Shown here: piece after piece, positions 15,358-29,149 of the stretch | Position numbering within the stretch: position 1 is the stretch's first letter | Layout of the letters: every line of letters starts with the position of its first letter | From: the human T2T-CHM13v2.0 reference genome, Homo sapiens | Reading direction: 5' to 3' (one strand) | DNA: 64,000 nt | Assembly (NCBI RefSeq): GCF_009914755.1 | Contig: NC_060935.1 | Notes under the pieces: generated by a model | Database searches by the model: none | Told to the model about the DNA's origin: nothing | What the model saw: only the letters and a program-made list of their open reading frames with translations | Program-made: the position numbers and the translations under genes

Positions 15358-16724
15358 CTACAATAAAAAGTGTAAATTATATTTCAAAGTACAGATTAAA
15401 AGGATAAGAAGATGGCAATTATGAATATGGACATAGAAGTTTAATATGCAAATAAAAATTATTTCATATGGAGAAAAAGATTGATAAGATCAAGGTAAAA
15501 TCCGAGCAAATCATAGAAAATTATTTGGGCAAGCTGAAGAGAGACCTGAGCCTCAGTGGGTTTGCTCTATTCCAGGATAGACTGATGAGAAAAACACATG
15601 CCATTTTGCACGTGTTTTATTGCACCATCATATTGCAATGACATTTCTGAATCTTGATAATCTATTATTTTTCTTCAATACATTGGGATTCAGGTAATGT
15701 TGTGAAATTACTACATAGGTGAGGGGAGATAAAGTGGTCTCTTACTCTGGGTGGTATAAAAATAGTAAAGTCTCCCCTACTGACACACATTTCCTTTTAC
15801 CCTCATGGCCTCAGAGGCAAGAAGGATGCATCCCATGTATTCAGCCCCTTCTAGGCTTCCTGGTCATTTGAGAGAGTCAGGCCATTCAAAGTAGGCAAAT
15901 GTTGCAATGTCAACCTTCACCTGGGGTCCTCACAGACTGTTGTGGTATAGGCTTGCCTTAAGATTCCCCACTTTCTGGTCCTGGACAAAAATACCCTGTG
16001 GCTAATATCTAGTCCTCTTACAGCTCACAAGACAGTAAGTCCTGTGGGAATTCTCTCCATAGCAATTTCAGCAGTTACTAGCATCAGAATTGCCCTTTGG
16101 TCCCAGATGTGTGAGTCAAGAGGCACAGATTAAAGTTGCAAGTAAGGAGAAAAGAGAAACATTCAGATCTGCACTGCAAAGTTTGTTTTAATCATTCGGA
16201 AATATCTTTGGAGCAATCTCTATCACACTCAGAATACAAATAGCAGCAATAACTACTACTAATTAATATTGATGCTTTAAGGTTTACAAAACACATTTGA
16301 TCTTTGAAGTCACCCTGTGTTATGGGTGTTATTGTGAGAAAATAAGTTCAAAGTGGTTTAGTGCGGTGCCTATGTGTACAAGTTGGCAAAAAACAACAAC
16401 AAAACTAAGGCTTTGTCTCTCCAAGTCCAATGATTTTTGCATAATCATTTTAACAAGCAAGAGGAGGTCAAAGCTAGTTTCAGCCTACTGACTTTAATCT
16501 AAGTGTATAATAAAGTAGTAAGGTGTATGATAAAGCAAACAACTCCCAACATCAAGATGAATAAGGTACTTGCAGATATTCTGGCAAAGGAGGAGTTATT
16601 TTCTTTAATCCAATGCAGTGTTATCTTTCTAAAGCCAAGGACAGTATCATTTTTGCTTGCTTGTTTTTGTCTGTGTTTATCCTTTTATTAAATGTAATGA
16701 GTGAGTGTAAGTAATACATACATC

Positions 16725-16920
16725 AATATATGCATACAGAGAAATCCACATATCACGGATGTACAACTTATAAATTTTCCTAACTGAATACAACTATGTA
16801 ACTACCACCCAGGTCAAGCAACATAACATCACTCACATCTGAGAAGGCCCCTCAGGCTCCTTCACAATCTTTGCCTCCCCTGACAAAGACAGCTATGACC
16901 CTGACTTCCAACAGTTTAGA
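16725..16920 (-). mobile_element. L1ME 3'-end fragment
   Basis: 'atgtaactaccacccaggtcaag...aacatcac...gaaggcccctc...ctatgaccctgacttc' typical of L1ME 3' UTR antisense. Confidence 0.65.
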
Positions 16921-17134
16921 AGACTTTTGCAAGGACAGTCTTACTTGCCATTCTACACACATCATGTAACACAGAATATCTGCTGTGTTTGATAAGTATC
17001 TGTCGGATGTGTGAATGAATGAATGCATCAGTGAATAACTGAGTGAGTCAGTGATTAAATGAAGAGACCCTTAGAAGACGAAGTGTTACCAAATATGGCT
17101 TTGGAGGGAGAGTTTGAAGTGAGGTTCTGAGCTT

Positions 17135-17312
17135 AGCTGGTTGTTTAATTTGAGGCAAGTTGTTTAACCTCATTGAGACTCAGGTTACTTATCTATAAAT
17201 AGAAACAGCAGTGTCTATCCCATAGGACTGTTTGTCATAAGCCTAAGGTTAATGTATATAGAACCAGTGCCTGGCACCTGTAGGCTATAACTGATACGTA
17301 ATAATTGTTATT
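17135..17312 (+). mobile_element. MIR SINE
   Basis: Core 'ggcaagttgtttaacctcattgagactcaggttacttatctataaaatagaa...cataggactgtttgt...cagtgcctggcac'. Confidence 0.75.
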
Positions 17313-17476
17313 ACAAGAGAGGGATCCAGCTATCTGCATTTGGGGCATGAATAACCTCCTTACCCTGATCTTTTCTGTTTTAAGTAACTTTCAAATCCTT
17401 TCAGAAATGATACAATTTTAATACAGTGGAAAATGTGTAACCATACCCAGCATATCCTAGCAAAAATAAAAACAGT

Positions 17477-17535
17477 CATGTACCTCATAAATATATACCT
17501 ACTATCTACCCATAAAAAATAAAAATTAAAAAAAC
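17477..17535 (+). mobile_element. Very short L1MA-type 3' terminal fragment with A-rich tail
   Basis: 'catgtacctcataaatatatacctactatctacccataaaaaataaaaattaaaaaaa'. Confidence 0.65.
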
Positions 17536-18594
17536 ACACAAAAATAAACAACAAATGCAAAAGAAACAAACAGAAAATATTTGGTGGGTAATGCAACTGG
17601 TTCGTGTCCTGGAGTAAGTTTGGGTGGAGATCTGGTTTTCTGTTCCTTTGCCTGCAGTGCCTGCTGGTGATAGTATGTTCTCAGATTTCTGACACTCCAG
17701 GTTTGAATTATTCCTGGTGGTGGTGACTCACCAGCCAAGCCGGGTTGGATTTAAGCTGGGATAGATCAATCAAATTCCCACTCTACACCTTGGGTGTTCG
17801 AGTCCCACAATAATCAAACCTCATGTGATCTCTACCACTACAGCCCATATTCTTCATCTCTATTTAATGCCATCACCACCTCTTCATAAAACTCCACCTT
17901 TCTGGCCACCACCCCCAACCTCATTGCTTCCTCCCTCTGTGGCTTAGACGGTGATGCTGAGATGTCCATAACAAATGGGCACGGTGCCTTCACACTGCTC
18001 TTTCTGAAACGCCACGTGCAGCCCCTTGATCTTTGAATTGGTATTGCTTTCATCTGGCTTTCCAGTTAAGAAGAGTGGCAATTCGTTTCATATGTAAGAA
18101 GAAAGACTGGGCTTTAAAAAGGTTTGTTTTCTGTAGATCTAGTCAAATATTTCTTTAGAATATAAATACTTATGGAAGAAGTCATATTCACATTAGTTAA
18201 GTTGCTTAATTTCTCTTACTAACCGGTTATCTCTACTGTAAAATGGAGACAGTCTGGATTGGATTCTCCAGAGAGCAGTTAGGGAAATGCACATATGGAA
18301 GGTGAGTGGACAGAGTCCCATTAAAGTGAAGGCCCTGGAACCGCTCCTTAGCGAGAATCGCCAACGTACTTAGAAGGGCTTTTTAGTATTTCCATGATCG
18401 ATCTACATAAAAAATAAAACTGCAACACACGAAGGACTACCCATGAATGTGGACCAAGAGGTTTGTAGGGAGTCTGCTATGTTGGAAGAGTAATTTTCCT
18501 ATTAGTAATAATGGTAATGCTACTATTATTTGGTTGCTATCGTTTTTTTCATTGTTACTATTAATGATAATAAGGACATTAATTTGTTCAGTGT

Positions 18595-18920
18595 CTGTTG
18601 AACTTTGTGAGGTGAAAGACCATCTCTGTCTTTTTGTACCCTATCCTCAGCACTTAATATTTAGCACCAGCTAGGTTCTCAGGTGACTCAATGACTGAAT
18701 AAATGAGAGACAGATACACTGTGCCCAATACTTTACTGTGTTATGTTCTTTAACTTGAAGCAACTCTAGCAAATAGCAAGCATTATCTCCATCTTACAGA
18801 TTTTTAAAACTGAGTAGCAGAGATGTTAAACAATTTCTCAAAGCCATAGCACCTATGTGTTTCCATCCCGGTCAGTCTGATTCCAAGAAAGTCTAAACAG
18901 CACTTACCACTGCTCTGTAA
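18595..18920. mobile_element. L2 3' end (+, ~18595-18710) followed by MIR (-, ~18720-18920)
   Basis: 'gaccatctctgtcttttt...cctcagcacttaa...tgactgaataaatga' then 'cattatctccatcttacaga...aaactgag..gcagagatgttaaacaattt'. Confidence 0.6.
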
Positions 18921-19904
18921 TAGTTCAGGTTTACAAGGTGGAAGCCTCCTTTAGACCACTGGAAACCCCTATATTATCCTGTCACGCTTCCCACCTCCCA
19001 CCCTATTATTTTCAAAAATGGGGATCGGCATGCTAGTTAGAGGTCCTGGCAGAAGTTTCTGGAAGGCGAGGTTGAAAATGTTGAGGCCTGTGCATGGATC
19101 TGAGCATCAGCATACGGGCTGAGGGCCAGCTCTACCTTCCAGCTGCTGTGCTGGGCTCTGCTTCAGGTCATTTCTATACCAAAGAAAGGTAGATTGGAAG
19201 GTTCTGACCATGGAAGCACAAGAACGACTAGAGTGCTGGAGGGATTGACTGGTGAGATAAGATTAAAAGACCTCAATATTTATCATTTTTCTAAGCCGAG
19301 ACTGTGGGACAGATGGGATAACCATCGACAAATATTTGCTAGGTGTAATCACTTCAGACTACTGAACTCATGGACGGTTCTCCAGGCAGGGACATGCTGC
19401 TTGTCAGAAGGGAATGAAGGGGGCTTGGAGGGTGTGGAGTGCCACGGTGCGTGCTGATCCTCCTTGACACCACCTCTGTGTGCAGGGCCTGTCTCGCACC
19501 TCTGGCTTGGGAGGGTAGATCATCTCTGCACCTCCCCTGTGAGCAGTCACACTGCTGTTTTGAGTACAAGCCAATCACCAGGATAAACATTTTGTAATGG
19601 CCCAACTTAAGGCAATGGAAGAAAGGGACAAATCCTTCAACGCAGTGATCCTCATGTAATTGATCTGCAATAGCCATTAGCCTAAAACTCACCTTCCATC
19701 TACATGCTCCGTAGTTTCTGTGTAAGCGAATGCTGTCACATGAGGCGTTTGCCTTTCCTCCCCACCCGTCGTTTACTACTTTGTTCCTTGGGAGTCAGCC
19801 TAAGAAAGAAAGAATTTTACTCCTTGCTGCTTTTTACCTATTCATTCACTGAGTTCTACAAGTGCTTGAATAAGAAATGGCAATAGACCGACACAAAATA
19901 AGTG

Positions 19905-19943
19905 CTGGATGAGTGTTGAATGAATGAATGAATGAATGAATGA
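19905..19943 (+). repeat. (TGAA)n, L2-tail-derived
   Basis: tgttgaatgaatgaatgaatgaatgaatga. Confidence 0.75.
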
Positions 19944-20214
19944 GTAGTGCATATACGGGCAAAACTGCACCTTTTAGAAGTCATTTTTAAGACACAGTGT
20001 CCTAGAATGCATCTAAAAGCAGAGATAGCTTGTGTAGGACTTAGAACAATGGTGAGCTCCACACACCATGTGAAAAGCATTCATGTACTTTGGAAGCCCC
20101 TACCTAGATTATGCTACATTAAAGAAAAAGCCCAGGCAGAAAGCTGCCATAGGTAACGGCCTCCACAGAGAATATATGATGGCCACCCTTGTCACTGCAG
20201 GGAGTGTTGGGTAA

Positions 20215-20660
20215 CCAAGGCTTTGGAGTTAGGGGAACCTGAACCCGCATGTCAGTGCCTCTCCTCACTGGAGGGGCAGCCTTGGGCAGGCTACAGAAGT
20301 ACTCAGCCGTGCTCCTTCCTGGACCCTGTAGCCAAAGGGGGGGAAAAAAACAGCACTAGTGATGTGGTCTTTATTTAAACTGTTCACATCTTGTTTATTC
20401 TTTACTTTTTCATTAAAAGTATTGTATTAAAGTATGCATCTCAATCGCTGAGTTTTTTGTCACCCACTTAAATTTCACTCCAGTGGTGAAGGCTTACTCA
20501 CGGCAGCCTAATCCCAGCTCTCTCGTATCTCTTCTTCTTCATTTGAAAAATAGGATAATCATTTCTTCCTTATAGGGTTGTTGTTAGGATTTAATGAGAG
20601 AATGCAGTGCCCAGGCGCTCCTAATATATGCTTAATAAGTGGGAGATGTTATTGTTATGA
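20215..20660 (+). mobile_element. MIR split by a MER96B-like insertion
   Basis: 'ggctttggagtt...ccttgggcagg' (20220-20290) resumes as 'cttcatttgaaaaataggataat...atagggttgttgttaggatttaatgagagaatgcagtgcccaggc' (20530-20650). Confidence 0.7.
20305..20522. mobile_element. MER96B-like hAT DNA transposon, partial
   Basis: 'gtctttatttaaa...tattgtattaaa...ctgagttttttgtcacccacttaaattt...ctcac...cctaatcccagctct' matches the MER96B terminal half. Confidence 0.6.
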
Positions 20661-20984
20661 GCTATTTACTTAGCATCACTTAAAAAGGGAATAGTGATAT
20701 TTTAGGACTGTCCTTAAATACACTATTGGTATAAAGTCAAATGCTTGATATGCAGCTTGTGGAAATGATACCTGGTTGCCTCCAAGCTGCCCTTTATTGC
20801 TCTTGTTTATTCGTCTGTCTCATAGCCAGACACTGCTCTGTCAGGATACAGCATGATGTTTGCATAACGGGAGTCCCCGCGAGAACCCTGGTCCCACAGA
20901 GTCATGGGAGACCCTTGTAGGAGCTTGATTCCCATGTAGGCCAGTACAGTGCCAGTGCCCATAAGTTCAGGGCGAACAGCAGAT

Positions 20985-21335
20985 ATTTACGGCATTTTCT
21001 TTCTGTGCTGGGCATTGCCTGAGGTGGTGACAGTGTAGTGGTTCAGGTCATGATACTGCCTTGTGGGAGCAGTTGACTGGGGTTGGGGGGTGGTGGGAGC
21101 ACAGAACTCTCAGAGTGATGGAATGCCTGCACCATGGCAAGAATGCACAGGGTGCTCCTGAACCATAGAGACCGCCTGCCTTGTCTAGTGTGGAGGGATC
21201 ACTTTATTGGAGTAAGCGATGCCTGAGCTGCAGCATGGAAGTGGTTAGGATATTCCAGATGGGAGGAAGGGAAAAAGGTGTTTCAGATTGAAGAAGTTGT
21301 GTGCAGGGGCAATCAGCTGCCAGCCAGCATGTGCA
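20985..21335 (-). mobile_element. L2 fragment
   Basis: 'agatatttacggcatt...tgtgctgggcattg...gatgcctgagctg...tttcagattgaagaag' L2 antisense pattern. Confidence 0.55.
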
Positions 21336-21339
21336 TCGA

Positions 21340-21995
21340 GGTGTAATGATCAGTGCCAAACAGGAAAGCGTAACTCACACTAGTTATTTTCCCGGGGGAA
21401 ATCTAGGGAACTGGCCACAGGAAGTTGAAGGACTGGAAGGGCAAAATGAAATATCGAAGCCCTCCTGCAGCTGGGGAAACAAAGGAAAAGGTTAAGGTGG
21501 TCAGAAACTAGAACCTGTACCTGTGGAAGAGGCCATGCACAGGTGCGGCCCAGCCCTCTCAGGAGTAGAGGCTGCTGCCTGCCTGGCTGTGCTGGTGTCT
21601 CAGGAGCACGCAGGAGGCAGGAGGGTCACGCGGAGCTGGGAGTTGGGCCTCTGCAGAGGGGCATTGCTGCTGCTGCTGGTTCCTATGACGGTGAATAGTA
21701 GGTGTTGAAGGAAGATGGAAGCAGAACTCACTTCCCCTGGAACTAGTGGCTGCTGCCAGTATGAAGGGCCTTTGCAGGGAAAATGCCACAGGAACCGCAG
21801 GCCAACACAAAGGGGCAAGTGCCTGTCCCCTTTTCTGCCTTCCACCCTTCTTAGTGACCCCTTCTGAGGAGCCAACAGGAAACCAGTTGACAAAGAAGAA
21901 ATGGAGTGTGTAGAGTCCCAGCCTCAACATCACAAGGCAGCATAGAGAGGGTGCATCTGGAGCTGAGAGACACAGGAGCTTATCAAGAACGTGGG
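21340..21995 (-). mobile_element. Ancient ERV LTR, LTR78-like
   Basis: Terminal 'gagtcccagcctcaacatcacaaggcagcatagagagggtgcatctggagctgagagaca' matches my recall of the LTR78 terminus (antisense). Confidence 0.55.
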
Positions 21996-24900
21996 ATGGC
22001 CTCGGCATCAGCGCATGCGTAAGGTGAGAGGCTGGAGCTGGCACAGGGTAGGGCCCTGGGGAGGATAGCACAGTAATAGCAGTTCTCTGTCATGCACCAA
22101 TGACGGCAATGCCTGATCTATCAGGAGGATGCCTCCCTGTCTTCCTTCCTCCTAGAGAGAGTGGCATTAACAAGTCAGTGTAGGAGTTGCATTTATTACA
22201 CTTACAAATAGTCAAAAGTGATCCTGAGCAATTCATTGAAAATATTTAGCTAATGATGAAATAGAAATATCTTTCTTCCTTTTGTTTTCTCTTAGTAAAG
22301 CACTTAATTGTTTAAAGACTAAAGGAAATATTAATACTTAGAAGGCTCTAATAATGTAATTCTAATTTAATGCTTTTTAGCACAAAAAAGATTTTGACTA
22401 ATGTGTTTAGTAAGTAATGGTTTTCCTGAGTAATCTTTACAGCAAGTAAATGACTTGAGATCATTTATTAGAAACTAGTGAGGTATGTTTTTCGTTGTTT
22501 TTTCCTTGTGGTTTTCAAGGGTGAGTAAAAGGACATCAATAAAACAGTGAAAGGCAGATTGACAACTATCTCTGCTCCACATCTCCATCCACACATTGTT
22601 ATAGAACATTTGCTCTAGGTGGGACTCTGTAAGGGGGGGCAGGATGCAGCAAGCCGTAAAAAGTGACCTGGCTCCTGCCCTCTAGGAACTGATAATGGAA
22701 ATGAAGACACTGGGTGGACAAAGAGCATTTGAGTATGACTATGGCAACACATTTGTTTATTCCGGATAGAATCGAAGGAAATATGAGACAAATGGGACCT
22801 GTGCAAAGATATGCCTTTTCCTCTAGTTGATGACCCACTCTGGGAGTTGTTACTTACTTTTATGTTCTTTTGCTGATGAAGGCAAGAATCCCTCAAATAT
22901 TGAAAAGTAATCACACAAAGTATGGTAATGGTAATGTGTATAAATCAATAATGCAGTTTAGAACAATTACCAACGTAACTCCCAGGTGTCTTTTCTCACA
23001 GATGGATTTTTATATTTGCTGGAAAATAACAATTACTTTAGTATGTATCACTAATTAAAAACTGTTGAATAATTTTCAACAGATATTAAGTAATTATTGG
23101 CAATTCCATGTCAGCACCAGTAAATAATAATCTCACCTTGTATCATATAATTAAAACTACAATGGCCCCCTCCACAAATTTTAAGCAGTCATAAATAATT
23201 CCAATTGTGCACAAGTAGCAGCCACGCATTCAACTCGGTTTTGTTTGTAATTTAAAATGACATTTTTCATTTGATGGCTGATTTATGAAATTAAAAAAAA
23301 ATGAATTTACCTTTCATAATGGTCTAATGCCCTTTGGGGATATAACAGATGTTCGACTGCCCAAGGTTGGCAGCTGGGCAGAAAAAAAATTAGCCAAGCA
23401 TGTTGATACAAGACCTAAACAAGAAAAGGGTAGTAATAATGGGTGTCAGGGTAAAATAAATTAACTGAAGGTTTGCCGTAGCGTGGTCCTCATGATCTCC
23501 ATCTTGTTGTGTGTGGGTGCATGGGCTGCCGTCTGCAGGCTCCCCTGGGCATCTGTCTGCTCCTCTTCCCAGTCGCCATTGTTATCATGGACGTAGCCGA
23601 GAACTGGCACAGTGCTGCAGTTGTTTTTTCTTCTCCTGCAAGGGAACAACATCTAGGAAAGAGGGAAGATGGAGACTCCTCCAAATGCCTTATGCATCTG
23701 TCCTCCCGTGGCCTCGCTTCCCCCAGAAGGACATGGTAGCAGAGGTGGCAAGGATGGGGAGTCTAAAGCCTGACTACAAAGCAGATTCAGTTGTTCCACC
23801 TATCTATCTAACAAATATTTACTGGGCATTTACTATGTGCCATGTACTATGGTTGGTGCTGATTTTAAGGTTTCCTGACTTTTAAAAGGAGACGCAATAA
23901 ACTTTCTTTATTCCTTCACCTCAAACAATTTAAGACCCATTGATTTGTATCCATAAAACAGTATGTGGCCATTGTCCATTTCTACTAAGGTGTGAATATC
24001 AGCTATTATATAGACAGAACATCTGCAACTCTATTGATTCAGAGATATCGTTCTGGGTCATTTAAGATGTCTGCAACCTCCTTCCCTGTAGATGGATAAC
24101 AACCATCTGTACTGGCACCTGCCTTGGGTTATTTAGGTGCTTTCAGGAAGCAGATGGTAACGCCCAGTGAACTTCTAACTGCTTGTTCAGTGATATCTCC
24201 CCTATTCGATCGCTATGGTCCATGACAGGAGAGTCCATGTCCGTATTAATTAACAATGCATTTCCAGCAATTAGCTCAGTGTAAATATTTGTTCAATTAA
24301 TTATTGATTGAAATTCCAAAACAGAAAAAAGGGCAGACAGAAAATTTGCCAGCAACTCTTTTAGTAAAGCACTTTCTTGTTTAATTGTTAACTTTTTTGT
24401 TTAGTAAACGACTTCATTGTTTATAACTAATATCTCTCACTTTTTATAATCAAGAGTATACATCTTGAAAGATAAATATGGCCATACATACTATATCCCA
24501 CCCTACCCCACTCTAATTAGGCTCATCCTATATGATCCATCCTTAGAGTGTGTACTTGAAACTATCGCATACTAATGCACAGAGTCAACCTGGAGTGGAA
24601 TCCTCTGCACAGAATTCTTGGATGTCTAGCTCCTGGGACACATCAGGAAATGCTCTTTTTTGAGCTAATGGGCATCTTCACTCATTGAATCAAGAAGGCA
24701 TATTGCAGGTGTACAAACAAATCAAAAAGGATTTTATTTATTTATTCTATATCCTCAGGTAATGTGGGGCCATACGTAGGGTAGGATTCATGAAGAGGTC
24801 TGGGTTGGAAAAGAGGGGAGGCAATTCAAGGCCCCTGAAGATCACAGGGAAACTAGAAGGGCTTTGGGTTTGGAGCCAGCCAAATACATCCCGGCTCAGT

Positions 24901-25129
24901 GGAGAGTTTGTTTCCATCTGTCCACCAGAATTGAGGAGGCAGGTTCTGGAGCTTTAAATCCAGTGATAGCTGATCCAAGCAGTAATGTCAAGTAGACTGT
25001 CTTCCCCAGGAGGGGTGGGCACAGGAGAGGACCTATAAGAAGGGAGCAACATGAGAAATAGAAGATCAGTATGTCTGACTTGGTGTGCCCTCAGCTAGAA
25101 TCCTAGTGGCCTGCAGTTAACTATGGCAG

Positions 25130-25370
25130 CAGCCCAGTGTGATGGAAGGCATCTGGGTTTGGGTGTCAGGATGATTTTAGTTTGTATCCTAGTCCACCTC
25201 TCCCCATATATAAGAACTTACCTATTTTTTCTAACTTTGATGAAACTCCTTGCCTTTATTTGAAAATGGGGAAACAGTAGCCATCCCTAAAATTATTGGA
25301 GGATGTGATGAGATGATGGACATAAAGCACCTGGTGTGGTTCTCAGCACACTCTAGATCCTCAGTCAATC
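25130..25370 (+). mobile_element. MIR SINE
   Basis: 'cagtgtgatggaaggcatctgggtttggg.gtcag...ttgaaaatgggg...gatgagatgatggacataaagcacctgg'. Confidence 0.65.
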
Positions 25371-28300
25371 TTAGATCCCCACACATAGTGCCAAGCCAGC
25401 GGAATGGGTGATGCTGAAGGAATTGAAGCTCTCTCTAAAGTACACGTACTTACAAAGCAAACAGATTTTCAAACATGAAGGGTCTATGACTTTTGGAATC
25501 CGAGAACAGGATTTAAAGAAGTAATTGCAATCCCCATTGTCTCATCTGGTAGAATTTACCTAAACAAGTGGAGTTTCCCATTTTACTGAAAACAAACCAA
25601 GCAGGCTAAACGGTTTTACTTCCATTTTGCCCATCATTCTGTGTTTGTGACAGGAGACTGCTTTAGAGCTGTGAGCTTCACCTTCTATCCCTTCCTGGCC
25701 CCAAGGCTCTCCATGGGAATTGTGAAACACAGAACCACAGGTGTCTCCAAAGGAAGCAACATATCTTTTCTTCTCCCTGCAAAAGATTCATATAGGCTAA
25801 AGAAATTGCATGAATACATATCGCTTTGTTTAAATAACACTTGGTTTTGCTGCTTTTAATCATTGGTTCCCCTGAGCCTGGCATGCTTTCTGCAGCACAC
25901 ACTGGCTGCATACCTAACAGATATTTTGAATACAACAGCTTGACTCCCCTGCTGCTTGGATGATAGCAATTGCCTAGGTGTTCCATCCTCTTCCTTCTCC
26001 CCCGCTCTATGGTTGCAAGGAGATTTCAAGTGCAATTTGGCCTTGCACATCAAACAGCAATTTTCCTGCAGACATCACAACCTCCAAAAACTCTACCCTA
26101 ATCAAATCTATCAAGCCCAATTTAGGGGTGAGCTTGTGTCTGTTTATCAAGGAAATGGAGTTGAAATTGTCCCCTTTAATGGAATCACAGCTGCCCACCA
26201 TAATCTTTCACATGGATGTTTGAATTAATAGTAGGACGTGGCCCGTGCTCTCCAACCTTGGAATTTGATTCCGGTTATAGGAAATTGCTATAATTTCTGT
26301 TGGGACTCTCAGAGATGTTGGGGCATTTGGGGCTGGGGTTAGAATTAATATGTCAGAGGAATTTAAGAATTCAGAAGTGGTTGGGGGAAGATTAGCACTT
26401 TTACACAACACCCAATGAGTCACCTCTGCATCAAATCAAACCTGCTGTGACCCACGTGAACTACTTTTACCAAGTCAAGGAGAAAGAGCAGAGGAATGTT
26501 TTTTTCTGAAGTTCAAATTTTAAATGAGAACACAGCAGATATGGGTAGAATGTTATTTGTCCTTCTGAAGTGTAGGGCAGCTCACTTGAATCAATTGTGT
26601 GTTGGGAGTTGCCATACTGGGTGGCCAGCAGCCCAGCTGAGATGTCCAGGTCATCCCTGAGCGAGGGAGAAGGCCAGTAGCCAGTCCTGGGGCCCACTCA
26701 TTCACTCCCATTGTTACCTTGGGACATTGTATTTCTCCTGAGGAAGCCTCAGTATCCCCTTAGAGGTTGTGTTCCGCTCAGCTTGGAGACAGAGCCTGTG
26801 GCAGTTTCGCCATAGCACAGGGTCATTTCACCTTTTAAAATGCCCTTACCAAAGGACATTCACTTCCTCTTTCAAGCACCTTAGCACCTTTTGTTTATAT
26901 CTTGCTATGTAGACCCCTTTTTTTCTTGCACATTTTTGTGTTTGTATCCCGTGTCATCCTCATGCTACAGAAGGGAGGTAAACCATTCCTGATGCAGTAT
27001 TGTAAATGAGGAAAGCCCAGCTAGATGACCTTTTCAATTAATGGTGGCACGGGAACCAGGCCGCCTTGCACAAACCTGTGCTCTTCCCGTAACACGTTCT
27101 GACGTCCTGTCCTGAACCTTTCTCTCAATCTCCTTGATCAGAATGTGAGCTGGGCCCATCTTTCCTGAGGCAGCATCCATGACCCCAGCCCTGTGCCACC
27201 CACACAGACCTGGTTACCTCTGACCTCTCAAGGAATTTTCTCCTCATATTACCCTCCCCTCAAGAATTCATTCTGATAGAGGGTATTTCAGGGAGACATG
27301 CCTTGTATAATTTTTTAGGTGCAGTATAATAAAAAAAATTAAAATCCTAAAAAAACTAATTCTGAGCATTACAATGCATAGGTAAGAGAGAGTCTCTTTC
27401 CCTGAAATACACCTGAAGTTTTCCATCTTTCAACTGACAATAAAAGACTCCTAAATTAGAGAATCATAGACATTTAATACATGTGGGGAGAGAACCTATT
27501 CATTTTCTTCAAGAGTGGCTAATGCCTCTCAGAAAATTCTCCCATTTAGAATTAATTCAGCTTTTCTCTTGGATTCCTTTCTTGTTTCCTTTCCTCCTGC
27601 ATTGTCGTGCCTCTTTTCATTTTACTTAGGGCCATTTGCATGAAAACAGCATTTCAGCTACTTGGGGTTTTATCTGCTGCCATTTACTCTCCCTCAGAAT
27701 TCATAATTCCCTGCTATCGCCTCCAACTCTGCACCCACCACGCTTGGGCTGCCTTCAGGTAGGAGGGCACATGCCACCCATCCCCATGAGCAGCACCCTC
27801 TGTGGGAGCCTGGAGGCCTGGCTGTCCCCAGAGTAGCCTTGCTGGACAGAAGGATTGCCTGGTAAGTGATGCGTGGGGGTTAGGGCCGTGAGGGTGTGTG
27901 GCCAAGCTCTCTCCCTGTGCCATCAGCAGCTCTGCCCTTGTCTGTTATCAATGGTCGGTATGTGTGGGGAGTGCAGAAAGCTGTGGCTCCTTTCTCGTGC
28001 AAACAGAGTGCTGCGCTAACCTTCCTCACTGCACTCCGTATGGCTAACAAATAGTCAGAGCCTGAGAAACTGTGAAAAGAAAGCGAGAAACAAAAACTCA
28101 GTGTTATTTTCCCCCACTTTATACAATTGCCTCAGATTATTGATTGAGCTTTATCCATTATGCTGTGCAACAGCCTTTGCTGCTGTTGAGAATTGTGAAA
28201 GGGTGTCTGTTACTCAGGAGAGAGCCTGATGGGTTGTGGATGTGTTTGTGAGCAGACAGATGCAGCCCAGCTCCAGATTGTCGAGTACTGAAAGGACTAT

Positions 28301-28568
28301 AGGCATCAGCCAATAATTCTAGCATGTCATGTACCTGGCACCCTCCATTTCCAGACACTTCACAGAGCTGTGAGGTAGCAAATACAGGACATTTGAATGA
28401 GATTTTCCCCCTATGGCAGGAGGTCATCCTCATTCAATTTGTGGGATGTTTTATTCCTTTCACTGACAAACTTAATTGAGAGGGGACATTATACACAGAG
28501 TTTCCTGGCATCTTCACGCTTCTTCATCTTTTGCCACCTGTTTCCTTCCCAGAAAACTCCTCTCTTGA

Positions 28569-28905
<337 letters not shown>

Positions 28906-29149
28906 ATCACTGACTTATTAATTATCAAATAAACTGGCTGAATCTCAAGCCAACCTACTTGTTTCTGCAGCACTTGCTCCCAGCCACCAGCTGCTCCTCT
29001 CTGTGAAATCTGCTTTCCTGGCCCTCCAGATTTTGACCTTCCTGCCTCCCCCGAACCTGGCTGCCTGGCCTCTGCCCCTTGTGGGCTCCTCCGCCTTGTC
29101 TGCCTCCTGAGTGAAAGCATTCTCTAGAGTTCTGTCCCCAACCTTTCTC

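Noticed and set aside
21559-22071. Longest ORF in the window (170 aa, minus strand)
   Set aside because: Lies mostly in a GC-rich LTR78-like relic, starts at a non-ATG codon and has no recognisable domain
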